Below are positions 1 through 8,291 of a stretch of 24,815 nucleotides of DNA, one piece after another. The notes below the pieces were generated by a model. It was not told where the DNA came from. It searched no databases and worked only from the letters and a program-made list of their open reading frames with translations. The stretch covers positions 1 to 24,815 of IMG/VR virus record IMGVR_UViG_3300030098_001697; one strand, 5' to 3'. Both the position numbers and the translations under genes were made by a program. Within the stretch, counting starts at the first letter, position 1, and every line of letters begins with the position of its first letter. Origin of the DNA: a virus (lineage: Duplodnaviria; Caudoviricetes).

Positions 1-1
1 C

Positions 2-655
2 TATCCAATTTCAATAGGTGCAGGCGGTGGAGCAGCACCAGCCGATAATACAAAAGGATGTAATGGTGCAAATTCAACTTTTTCAACAATAACATCAGCT
101 GGAGGCGGTTTTGGTGCCGCTGGTTCTGGTACGCCAGAAGTGGGTGGACCAGGCGGTTCAGGTGGTGGAGGTACGGAAGGTAACCCAGGCGGTACAGGAA
201 ACACTCCCCCAGTATCCCCAGCACAAGGTCAAAATGGTGGTCAAGGTCAGCCAGGCAATGTTAATGCTGGTGGTGGCGGTGGTGGCGCTGGAGCAGTAGG
301 AGGCCCTGCACCAAATCCAAATGTTGGTGGAATAGGTGGAGCAGGTTCTTATATTCCTGATGGTTTTGTTGGTCCAACAGCCCCAAGTTATGGAACACCG
401 GGTCCAGTAAGTAACACAAGATATTTTGCAGGAGGCGGTGCTGGATCATCAAACGAACCATCGGTACCTGGAGGTCAAACTGGAGGAGCAGGTGGTGGTG
501 GAAAAGGTGGCGGTGGAGGTCCAGCAGTAGCTGCAGGAGACGGAACTACTAATACAGGTGGTGGTGGCGGTGGAGGTTCAGGAGATGCAACTTGTGCTGG
601 TGTAGCAGGTTCAGGAGGATCAGGTCTTGTAATGATTAGGTACAGATATCAATAA
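2..655 (+). CDS. Glycine/proline-rich virion protein (tail fibre/receptor-binding-like), 5'-truncated by the window edge
   Basis: Frame of ORF 140..655 stays open back to position 2 (YPISIGAGG...NGANSTFSTITSAGGG). GGSGGGG, YFAGGGAG, NTGGGGGG and C-terminal GGSGLVMIRY are typical of phage glycine-rich domain proteins. Confidence 0.8.
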   Translation, partial: YPISIGAGGGAAPADNTKGCNGANSTFSTITSAGGGFGAAGSGTPEVGGPGGSGGGGTEGNPGGTGNTPPVSPAQGQNGGQGQPGNVNAGGGGGGAGAVGGPAPNPNVGGIGGAGSYIPDGFVGPTAPSYGTPGPVSNTRYFAGGGAGSSNEPSVPGGQTGGAGGGGKGGGGGPAVAAGDGTTNTGGGGGGGSGDATCAGVAGSGGSGLVMIRYRYQ

Positions 656-664
656 ATTATGCTA

Positions 665-693
665 TTGATATTAAATTTTAACTATTATATAAA
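665..693 (+). promoter_or_regulatory. Sigma70-type promoter
   Basis: TTGATA (665-670), 17 nt spacer, TATAAA (688-693); AGGAG RBS at 701-705 before ATG 715. Confidence 0.6.
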
Positions 694-714
694 CTAACAC
701 AGGAGATTAATTAT

Positions 715-1137
715 ATGGCTCATTATGCAAAATTAGGAATTAACAGTAAAGTAATTGCGGTTCACGTAGTTGCTGATAAAGACTGTAAAAATGCGGATGG
801 TATTGAAGACGAAGAAGTAGGAAGACAGTTTTTAGAAAACATTTTTAATTGGCCACTTTGGAAAAAAACATCTTATAATACAGCACGTAATAAACATACT
901 TCAGGTGATGACTCAAAAGCACTTAGAGGTAATTATGCTGGTATTGGTATGACTTACGATGAAGATAATGATATTTTTATTCATAAAAAACCTTATCCTA
1001 GTTGGGTTCTTAATATAGCAACAGCAAGTTGGGAATCTCCGATAGGAGCAGCACCAGAAATAACTGAAGAAGAAAGAGGATCCTATCAATACGATTGGAA
1101 CGAGAGTACAGGGGCTTGGGATAAAATAGCCGTCTAA
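715..1137 (+). CDS. Phage protein downstream of the Gly-rich fibre gene (possible fibre assembly/accessory protein)
   Basis: 140 aa, strong AGGAG RBS; MAHYAKL start, LRGNYAGIG, KPYPSW and YDWNESTGAW motifs resemble proteins that follow Gly-rich genes in aquatic phages. Function is inferred. Confidence 0.6.
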   Translation: MAHYAKLGINSKVIAVHVVADKDCKNADGIEDEEVGRQFLENIFNWPLWKKTSYNTARNKHTSGDDSKALRGNYAGIGMTYDEDNDIFIHKKPYPSWVLNIATASWESPIGAAPEITEEERGSYQYDWNESTGAWDKIAV

Positions 1138-1166
1138 TTGACTTTTAAGGTGATTGTGGTAGAAAG
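1138..1166 (+). promoter_or_regulatory. Possible promoter plus AGAAAG RBS for the oxygenase cassette
   Basis: TTGACT (1138-1143), 16 nt, TG-n-TAGAAA (1157-1165); AGAAAG (1161-1166) 5 nt before ATG 1172. Confidence 0.4.
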
Positions 1167-1171
1167 TAGAT

Positions 1172-1723
1172 ATGCAGAAGAAAGTGTTATCTGAAATAGA
1201 TATGTATTATGGCACTATAGAAACGCCTAAAGGTTTTGAAATAAAAAGAGATGTTTTAAAAAACTTTATTTTAAATTCTTTTATAAAAAATCAAACAATG
1301 AGTAATAATCAATTAGATTATTCTTATGCAGATTATGAATTACCCCACAGTCGTGAATATAGTTTTTTATTAGATTATATAAGAGATCATTTTAATGAAA
1401 AATATTGCAAATCATTAGTTCTAAAAAATAAATGGGGAAACGTATATCATTACAATCAAAAATCTTTTACTAGACACACAGTAGACCCAGTAGATTTAAA
1501 AAACTCCCCTGATTATACTTTTATATATGCCGTAGATGTAAGCAAAGATTCAAGTGGTGTTGTTATAGAATTTGATGACAACAGAAGAAAAAACAGAAGT
1601 TGGCATTTAAAATTAAATAATAATGAATTTGTTTTATTCCCTAGCGTGCAAAAATATTTTATTACTCCCAATAAATCAAAACAATTAAATGTGTGGTTAA
1701 CTAATACTTATGAATTTATCTAA
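1172..1723 (+). CDS. 2OG-Fe(II) oxygenase-fold protein, probably catalytically degenerate
   Basis: Double-stranded beta-helix pattern (WGNVY...YTFIYAV...FVLFPS...ITPNKS) but no HxD/HxH, and Tyr (FPSVQKY) where the distal His normally lies. Confidence 0.6.
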   Translation: MQKKVLSEIDMYYGTIETPKGFEIKRDVLKNFILNSFIKNQTMSNNQLDYSYADYELPHSREYSFLLDYIRDHFNEKYCKSLVLKNKWGNVYHYNQKSFTRHTVDPVDLKNSPDYTFIYAVDVSKDSSGVVIEFDDNRRKNRSWHLKLNNNEFVLFPSVQKYFITPNKSKQLNVWLTNTYEFI

Positions 1724-2354
1724 TTATTTCTATTACTTTCAATCAGCAATACCGCCTAGAATTTGTGATATGATTGTTAAATATGGTAAAACAGAAAAAC
1801 AAAAAGAATTAACCGCGATTACTGGAGCAGTAGGTCGAGGTAGAGACATCAAGAAACAACCTATTACAAAAAAAGAAATGAAAGAAAATAAAAAGAAAAG
1901 AAATTCAAACATAGTTTGGATGAGTGATAATTGGATATATAAAGAAATACATCCTTATGTGCATCAAGCTAACATAAAAGCTGATTGGAATTTTACTTGG
2001 GATTTTTCAGAATCTTGTCAATTTACAATCTATAGACCTGGTCAATATTATGATTGGCATCGCGATAGTTGGGATAAACCGTATGGTGAAGAAGGACCAT
2101 TAAAAGGTAAGAATAGAAAATTGTCGGTAACTGTTTCTTTATCTGACCCCAATGAATATAAAGGTGGCGAACTAGAATTTGATTTTAGAGAAAACGAACC
2201 TGATAAAAAAAGAAATACTAGAACTTGTACAGAAATATTACCTAAAGGTAGTTTGGTAGTTTTTCCAAGTTTTGTATGGCATCGAGTTAAACCCGTAACA
2301 AAAGGAGTGAGGTATAGTCTAGTTATATGGAACTGCGGCTATCCCTATAGATAA
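1710..2354 (+). CDS. 2OG-Fe(II) oxygenase, PKHD/prolyl-hydroxylase-like
   Basis: YYDWHRD (HxD), RKLSVTVSL, EYKGGELEF, VFPSFVWHRV (distal His), RYS (2OG-binding RxS). Confidence 0.92.
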   Translation: MNLSNYFYYFQSAIPPRICDMIVKYGKTEKQKELTAITGAVGRGRDIKKQPITKKEMKENKKKRNSNIVWMSDNWIYKEIHPYVHQANIKADWNFTWDFSESCQFTIYRPGQYYDWHRDSWDKPYGEEGPLKGKNRKLSVTVSLSDPNEYKGGELEFDFRENEPDKKRNTRTCTEILPKGSLVVFPSFVWHRVKPVTKGVRYSLVIWNCGYPYR

Positions 2355-2355
2355 T

Positions 2356-3063
2356 ATGAAAGAAGGAACACAAAACACTAGCACTAATGTTAAATTTAAT
2401 AGCGCTGCTTATTTTAGCACGCCAGTATGGGTAGCAGAGGCTCCTGTATTTCTTAAAAAAATGTTAAAACTTACTGATGGGTATTTAAAAACTACTGAAA
2501 AGAAAGTTATGAAAAAAGCCATTGCAGAAAGGGATAAAAAGTATGGAACTAAATTAGGTGATTTTGGTTTATCTAATCATTCTGAATCTTTTAATGGAGA
2601 TCCAAAAGCTAAAGAGTTTGTAAATTTTTGTGGTCAACGAAGTTATGAATTTTTAGATTGGTGTGGTTTTAATATTAGTCAACACAGTTTACATTTTACA
2701 GAATGTTGGGTTCAAGAGTTTAGTAAAAAAGGAGCAGGCCATCACGACATTCATACTCATTGGAATCAACACGTATCAGGATTTTATTTTTTAAAATGTA
2801 GTGATAAAACATCACTACCTGTTTTACACGACCCAAGACCGGGTGCTCAAATGACAAGACTTCCACAAAAAGATCCTAGTAAAATTACTTTTGCTAATGA
2901 TGCTGTTCATTACAAAGTGCAACCTGGAACAATGGTGCTTATTCCTGGTTATACTCCACATCAATATCCTGTAGATATGGGAGTAGAACCTTTTAGATTT
3001 ATACACTGGAATATACAAGCTGTTCCTTCTTCTATTAGTAATCAAAATTCTATGAAAAAATGA
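2356..3063 (+). CDS. Putative 2OG-Fe(II) oxygenase, HxH type (TIGR02466-like)
   Basis: FSTPVW, ECWVQ, HDIHTH...VSGFYFL, HDPRPG, IPGYTPHQ (distal His), RFIHWN. Confidence 0.85.
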   Translation: MKEGTQNTSTNVKFNSAAYFSTPVWVAEAPVFLKKMLKLTDGYLKTTEKKVMKKAIAERDKKYGTKLGDFGLSNHSESFNGDPKAKEFVNFCGQRSYEFLDWCGFNISQHSLHFTECWVQEFSKKGAGHHDIHTHWNQHVSGFYFLKCSDKTSLPVLHDPRPGAQMTRLPQKDPSKITFANDAVHYKVQPGTMVLIPGYTPHQYPVDMGVEPFRFIHWNIQAVPSSISNQNSMKK

Positions 3064-3467
3064 GTTGGTATAAAACACAAAAACAAATGATTGAAGAATT
3101 AAATTTAGACATTTTTTCTAAAGATCCAATAAGTAAAGTTATGGATCCAATGAGTCCTATTGATGTTCACAACAATCATTACATTATGGAATTAAAAAAT
3201 AGAGAAGCCTACGCGCCAGAAACATTTAATGGCTCTTTAATAGAAAAAATGAAATACGATTATTTAATTAAAAACTGTGGAACTAAAATTCCTGGTTATG
3301 TGTGTAGGTTTAAAGACGGATCTTATTGGGCTTGGAACTTAAAAAAAATAAATGAACCTAAATGGTATGATAAAAAACTTCCAGAGACAACGCATTTTGA
3401 AAGAAAAGAATGGATTAATAAAAAAGTAGGTGATTTAACATTACAAGAAGGAGTAAAATTAATATGA
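3060..3467 (+). CDS. PD-(D/E)XK nuclease-like protein
   Basis: SPID...YIMELKNR fits the PD..(D/E)xK core; followed by LIEKMKYD; ATGA overlaps with both neighbours. Confidence 0.65.
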   Translation: MSWYKTQKQMIEELNLDIFSKDPISKVMDPMSPIDVHNNHYIMELKNREAYAPETFNGSLIEKMKYDYLIKNCGTKIPGYVCRFKDGSYWAWNLKKINEPKWYDKKLPETTHFERKEWINKKVGDLTLQEGVKLI

Positions 3468-4117
3468 GTTTTAAAAAAAATAAATATATAGTTATTAAAG
3501 AAGCTGTGCCAAAACAAATAGCTGAATTTGTATACAATTATTTTATATTGAAACGACAGGTTGCCAGAACATTATTTGATAAAAGATATATATCTCAATT
3601 TACAACAGAATTTGGTGTGTGGAATGATGAGCAGGTGCCTAATACTTACTCTCACTATGCAGATATAGCTATGGAAACTTTATTGCTTAGAACTTTACCT
3701 ATTATGGAAAAGCATACTAAATTAAAATTAAACCCTACATATTCTTACGCAAGGATTTATAAACAAGGAGATGTATTAAAAAGACATAAAGATAGATTTA
3801 GTTGTGAAATATCTACTACTTTAAACTTAGGTGGAGATTCTTGGCCCATATATTTAGAACCAAAAAAGAACGTAGGTATACCTGATGGTAAAAAAATAAC
3901 TGTTTCCACTAATAATAAAGGAGTTAAAGTTGATTTAAGCCCTGGCGATATGTTGGTCTATAGAGGTATGGAGCTAGAACATTGGAGAGAAGAGTTTCAA
4001 GGTAAAGACTGCGCACAAGTATTTCTACATTATAACGATCAAAAATCTAACGACTCCGATAAAAATATCTTTGATAAACGACCTCATTTAGGACTTCCAT
4101 CTTGGTTTAAACAATGA
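3464..4117 (+). CDS. 2OG-Fe(II) oxygenase (marine phage type)
   Basis: PTYSYARIY...LKRHKDR (HxD), CEISTTLNL, PGDMLVYRG...EHWRE (distal His), QVFLHY. Confidence 0.88.
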   Translation: MSFKKNKYIVIKEAVPKQIAEFVYNYFILKRQVARTLFDKRYISQFTTEFGVWNDEQVPNTYSHYADIAMETLLLRTLPIMEKHTKLKLNPTYSYARIYKQGDVLKRHKDRFSCEISTTLNLGGDSWPIYLEPKKNVGIPDGKKITVSTNNKGVKVDLSPGDMLVYRGMELEHWREEFQGKDCAQVFLHYNDQKSNDSDKNIFDKRPHLGLPSWFKQ

Positions 4118-4119
4118 TA

Positions 4120-4175
4120 CTAGTAAACAGGAGTGTCTGGATCCACCAATCACCCCAGACACTCTAGTTTATTAG
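4120..4175 (+). promoter_or_regulatory. Intergenic stem-loop with C-rich loop (candidate cis-regulatory RNA)
   Basis: Perfect 10 bp GAGTGTCTGG (4131-4140)/CCAGACACTC (4155-4164), loop ATCCACCAATCACC, extended by CTAGTAAAC/GTTTATTAG. Confidence 0.7.
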
Positions 4176-4181
4176 GATTAT

Positions 4182-4502
4182 ATGAATTTAGGATTTGCAG
4201 CATTTGGCGAAAGTACCTTTGGAGGTATAGGAGATACAGGCGGTACAATTTTTATTACCGGTATTGGCTTAAGTTTATCTACAGGTACCGTAACAGCTAG
4301 TGCAGGATCCATTGTTTTACCTACTGGTTTAGAGTTAACAGTCTCAACAGGAACGGATATAACCTTTACAATTAGTGGTTCTACTGGTACATTGACAGGA
4401 GTACCGTTGACATTATCAACAGGAGACGAAAATATAATTACGTGGAATACTATTGATCCAAATACTACTTCAGTTTGGACACCGATAGATCCAGCAGAGT
4501 AG
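4182..4502 (+). CDS. Small Thr/Gly-rich virion (fibre shaft-like) protein
   Basis: 106 aa; three TGxxL(S/T)xSTG repeats about 21-24 aa apart, N-terminal FGxxxFG, C-terminal WxxID twice; AGGA RBS. Confidence 0.65.
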   Translation: MNLGFAAFGESTFGGIGDTGGTIFITGIGLSLSTGTVTASAGSIVLPTGLELTVSTGTDITFTISGSTGTLTGVPLTLSTGDENIITWNTIDPNTTSVWTPIDPAE

Positions 4503-4512
4503 GAGATAAAAT

Positions 4513-5226
4513 ATGGCATCATCATATTCAACAGATTTAAAACTAGAAAAAATGACAACCGGTGAAAAAGCTGGTTTATGGGGAACAGTCACCAATACAA
4601 ATTTAGAAATTTTAGAACAAGCAGCATCTGGATACATCAGCGTTGATGTAGCTTCTTCAGATGTAACATTAGATTTAACTCAAGGCGCTACATCTAATGG
4701 TAAAAATTTAATGTTTAAACTAACTGGCACTTTAGCAGCTAATAGAAATTTTATTATGCCAGCTTCTTCAGAAAGAGTTTTTGTTGTTCAAGACGCTACT
4801 ACAAGATCTTCTTCTAACTATACATTAATAGTTAAAACTGCATCAGGAACTGGCTATACTATGCCGGTAGGCGCTACTGCTTTAGTCTACTCTGATGGAA
4901 CAAATACTAATTTAGCTTTACTTAGAAAAGGAACTGTAAGTCAAACAGCTAATTACACAGCAGTCTCTGGAGATGTGGTATTTTGTGATACTCAAACTTC
5001 TGGAGCTTTTACATTAACTCTTCCCGCTTCTCCTTCTAATGGAGATGAAGTAACTATAATTGATAGTGCTGGTTTCGTAGCTACTAACAACTTAACTATT
5101 GGTAGAAATGGTTCTAAAATTAATGGAGCTACATCTGATAAAGTAGTGTCAACTAATGGTTTTGCATCAACTTTTATTTACACAGGCTCAACAAGAGGCT
5201 GGGTACCAAAAGAGAACTATTCATAG
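4513..5226 (+). CDS. Tail fibre/baseplate-type structural protein
   Basis: N-terminal MASSYS...GEKAGLWGTVTNTNL; C-terminal YTAVSGD..FCDT..GAFTLTLPASPSNGDEVTIID...NLTIGRNGSKING resembles the T4 gp9/gp10-like fibre module. Confidence 0.75.
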   Translation: MASSYSTDLKLEKMTTGEKAGLWGTVTNTNLEILEQAASGYISVDVASSDVTLDLTQGATSNGKNLMFKLTGTLAANRNFIMPASSERVFVVQDATTRSSSNYTLIVKTASGTGYTMPVGATALVYSDGTNTNLALLRKGTVSQTANYTAVSGDVVFCDTQTSGAFTLTLPASPSNGDEVTIIDSAGFVATNNLTIGRNGSKINGATSDKVVSTNGFASTFIYTGSTRGWVPKENYS

Positions 5227-5236
5227 GAGCTAGCTT

Positions 5237-7447
5237 ATGGCTCTTGCCGAATTTAAATTTCTTCCTGGAATTGATAAACAACAAACGCAAGTGGGCGCGG
5301 AAAGACGTTGGGTTAATTCTGATAACGTTAGATGGAGATATGGTTTACCTGAAAAGGTAGGAGGCTGGTCTTCTCTTTTGACAGACACAATTGTAGGTGT
5401 AGGTAGATCTCAACACGCTTTTACAGATTTAGATGGAAACCGATACGTGGCCATTGGAACAGATAAATTTTTATTAATTTATTATGAAGGTCAATTATAT
5501 GACATCACACCTTTTCGTTCTAACAACGCAGGTGTTCAAATTACATTTACTAGTTCTACTTTAGCAACTAATAGCACTACAGTTAAAACTTGTACTATAA
5601 CAACTAGCACTGCTCACGCTTTAGAGCCAGGAGATATGGTCGTATTAGACTCTGTAACTCTTCCTGGAGGAACAGGATTATCAGCATCAGATTTTGAAGA
5701 TAAATTATTTCAAGTTTTAACCGTTCCCACATCTACTACTTTTACTATTAATTCTTTAAACCAAGCAAGTTCCGTAGTTGGCACAGGAGGAAGTATGACT
5801 GTGCAACCTTATGTAACTGTAGGCCCTGCTGAACAAACTTATGGATATGGGTTTGGTATTGGTGAATGGGGCGGAACTGTTTCTGGAGCTGTTACTACAA
5901 CAGTTAACAACGGTGGCGTATTAGCAGCAGGAGCAAGTTCTGTTATATTAACCGACACATCGTCTTTTCCCTCTACTGCTGATGGTGGTGGAACAATTTT
6001 AATTGAAAACGAATTAATTACTTACACTACTAATACTACTGCTAGTAATACTTTATCTGGATTAGGTAGAGGAGCTCAAGGAACTTCAGATGTAGAACAC
6101 GCTAACGGAGTGACAGCTACAAACGCTACAGATTATAACGGATGGGGTGCAGCTGTATCAGCGTCTACAGTAAAACTAGAACCAGGGTTATGGTCTCTTG
6201 ATAATTTTGGACAAGTGCTAGTAGCAACAATAGCCAATGGAAAAACATTTACGTGGGACTCTAGTATAGCAGCTAATTTTTCAACAAGAGCATCAACCAC
6301 AACAACTAATTTTATAACTACATCAGCACCTACAGCTGCAAGAGTGTCTATGATTTCACCAACAACAAGACACTTAATTTTATTTGGTACAGAAACCACA
6401 ACAGGTACCCCCAGCACACAAGATGATATGTTTATTGCGTTCTCGGACCAAGAATCATTGAACACATTTACAGTTACTGCAGACAATAGTGCTGGTACAC
6501 AAAGACTACAAGATGGAACTAAAATTATGGGAGCTATCAAAGCAAAAGATAATATATTGGTTTGGACAGATACAGCTTTATATACAATGAAGTTTGTAGG
6601 TGCACCATTTACATTTGGCTTTGAACAAGTAGGAACTAACTGCGGTTTAATAGGTAAGAATGCTGTTATAGAGATAGATGGTGTTGCTTATTGGATGAGC
6701 CCTAAAGGTTTCTTTCTATTTGATGGTACCGTTAAATCATTAGGATGTAGTGTAGAAGATTATGTATATAATGATTGTGACACTACTAAAGGCCAACAAA
6801 TTACCGCTGGAGTAAATAATTTATTTACAGAAGTTAGTTGGTGGTATCCTACATCAGGGTCTTCGTTTAACGATAGGTATGTTGTATATAATTATGGTGA
6901 AAGTGTAGGTTCAAGAATACCGGGAGGAGTATGGTATATTGGAACTGAAGCTAGAACTTCGTGGATGAATGCTAAAATTTATCCTAATCCTTTTGCTCTT
7001 AAATATAATTCATCAGGCACAGGATCTTTCCCGACTGTTATTGGCGAATCTGGTTTAGGTTCGTCAACTTATTTTGAACAAGAAAAAGGAACAGACCAAG
7101 TTAATGCAGATGGATCTACTACAACAGTAACTTCTAATTTAGAGTCTTATGATTTTGATTTAGATTTACAAGGTAATGGAGAATACTTTTTATCAATAAG
7201 AAGATTCTTACCTGATTTTAAAACACTAGTAGGCACTGCAACATTTTCTTTAAACCTTAAAAACTTTCCTGCTAGCTCTGCATCAACTAGCACTTATAGT
7301 CCTTTTAGTATAACATCATCCTCTACAAAGTTTGATACAAGAGCTAGAGCTAGATTTGCAAGTATTAAAATACAAAACATATCTGCTGGTGAAGAGTGGA
7401 GATATGGAACTTTAAGATTAGATGTACAACCGGACGGTAGAAGATAA
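5237..7447 (+). CDS. Tail/head-closure (DNA stabilisation) protein, P22 gp10-like
   Basis: 736 aa beta-rich; PGIDKQ, DNVRWRYGLPEKVGGW, GAPFTFGFEQVGTNCG, C-terminal RLDVQPDGRR; inserted beta domains (TITTSTAHALEPGD); lies before the ejection genes. Confidence 0.75.
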   Translation: MALAEFKFLPGIDKQQTQVGAERRWVNSDNVRWRYGLPEKVGGWSSLLTDTIVGVGRSQHAFTDLDGNRYVAIGTDKFLLIYYEGQLYDITPFRSNNAGVQITFTSSTLATNSTTVKTCTITTSTAHALEPGDMVVLDSVTLPGGTGLSASDFEDKLFQVLTVPTSTTFTINSLNQASSVVGTGGSMTVQPYVTVGPAEQTYGYGFGIGEWGGTVSGAVTTTVNNGGVLAAGASSVILTDTSSFPSTADGGGTILIENELITYTTNTTASNTLSGLGRGAQGTSDVEHANGVTATNATDYNGWGAAVSASTVKLEPGLWSLDNFGQVLVATIANGKTFTWDSSIAANFSTRASTTTTNFITTSAPTAARVSMISPTTRHLILFGTETTTGTPSTQDDMFIAFSDQESLNTFTVTADNSAGTQRLQDGTKIMGAIKAKDNILVWTDTALYTMKFVGAPFTFGFEQVGTNCGLIGKNAVIEIDGVAYWMSPKGFFLFDGTVKSLGCSVEDYVYNDCDTTKGQQITAGVNNLFTEVSWWYPTSGSSFNDRYVVYNYGESVGSRIPGGVWYIGTEARTSWMNAKIYPNPFALKYNSSGTGSFPTVIGESGLGSSTYFEQEKGTDQVNADGSTTTVTSNLESYDFDLDLQGNGEYFLSIRRFLPDFKTLVGTATFSLNLKNFPASSASTSTYSPFSITSSSTKFDTRARARFASIKIQNISAGEEWRYGTLRLDVQPDGRR

Positions 7448-8124
7448 TGAGTATAAGTAAATTATTTACATTTGTGGGACCAACAAACACCTCAACAAAT
7501 TTTACGGATATAAATCAATTTGACAACATTACTAACACAGGAGTTAATCAAACTGGGGAAGGCATAATGGAGTTATTAAAAACAGGTGGAGAAAAATTTA
7601 AAAACGCTGCGGTTCCTATATTTAAAGATGTTGCGGGAAGAACGATTGCATCTCAAGCTTTAGGAAAAGCAGGTGTAAAGTTTAATCCATATTTAGGAAT
7701 AGCAGGTTTGATTTTTGGCGGACTTAAAGGTGGAGACTTATTAAACCAACCTTATATAAGTGGAGTTACTACGGTAGATCAATTTGGAAATTTAATTAGT
7801 GGGGCAGAACTAGACAGACAAAATGCTTTAGGTGGTTACTACACTGATGCAGCTAGAGATTCTAGAAGAAGAGATCAAAGAATTGCTTTTATGGAAAAAA
7901 GAAAAGCACGATTAGGAGAGGAAGCAATTTCTGCGGCTAATTTAGCAAGATTAAAAGCACAACAAGCACGAGAAGAAGCTGCAAGACGAGCAGAGTTTAA
8001 TAGAATGATGGAAGCAAGAAGAGCCATAGCGGATGCAGGTAGTGGTTTTGATGATTATGGTGCGGGACAAGCCGCGGGAATGGGATTTGGAGGAGGAAGA
8101 ACTGACCCTACAGATAAGAGTTAA
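7447..8124 (+). CDS. Hypothetical protein (possible internal virion protein)
   Basis: 225 aa, TAATG-coupled; hydrophobic PYLGIAGLIFGGL segment, R/A/E-rich coiled coil, Gly-rich tail. Confidence 0.6.
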   Translation: MSISKLFTFVGPTNTSTNFTDINQFDNITNTGVNQTGEGIMELLKTGGEKFKNAAVPIFKDVAGRTIASQALGKAGVKFNPYLGIAGLIFGGLKGGDLLNQPYISGVTTVDQFGNLISGAELDRQNALGGYYTDAARDSRRRDQRIAFMEKRKARLGEEAISAANLARLKAQQAREEAARRAEFNRMMEARRAIADAGSGFDDYGAGQAAGMGFGGGRTDPTDKS

Positions 8125-8126
8125 TT

Positions 8127-8291
8127 ATGGCAAAAGTAATAGTTAAAATACCAGAACCTAAAACCCAATATGATTTCTCTAACCAGAAACAAATATCAAG
8201 AGCTTTATCAGCTATTGTTGAACAACTTAATTCTACATTCTTACAGGATCAAAAAGAAGAAACTGAAAGACTAAACTGGTTTTTAACATAA
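8127..8291 (+). CDS. 54-aa small protein absent from the ORF track (likely virion)
   Basis: Reads MAKVIVKIPEPKTQYDFSNQKQISRALSAIVEQLNSTFLQDQKEETERLNWFLT*; fills the gap exactly and its TAA overlaps the next ATG (TAATG at 8289-8293). Confidence 0.8.
   Translation: MAKVIVKIPEPKTQYDFSNQKQISRALSAIVEQLNSTFLQDQKEETERLNWFLT

Noticed and set aside
1-461. ORFs 1..204 (-), 111..299 (+) and 261..461 (-)
   Set aside because: Shadow frames of the Gly-rich gene; the Pro/His/Val richness simply mirrors GGN codons.
2-655. Collagen-like or DGR target interpretation of the Gly-rich gene
   Set aside because: No sustained Gly-X-Y periodicity; no reverse transcriptase or adenine-variant repeat pair seen in the window.
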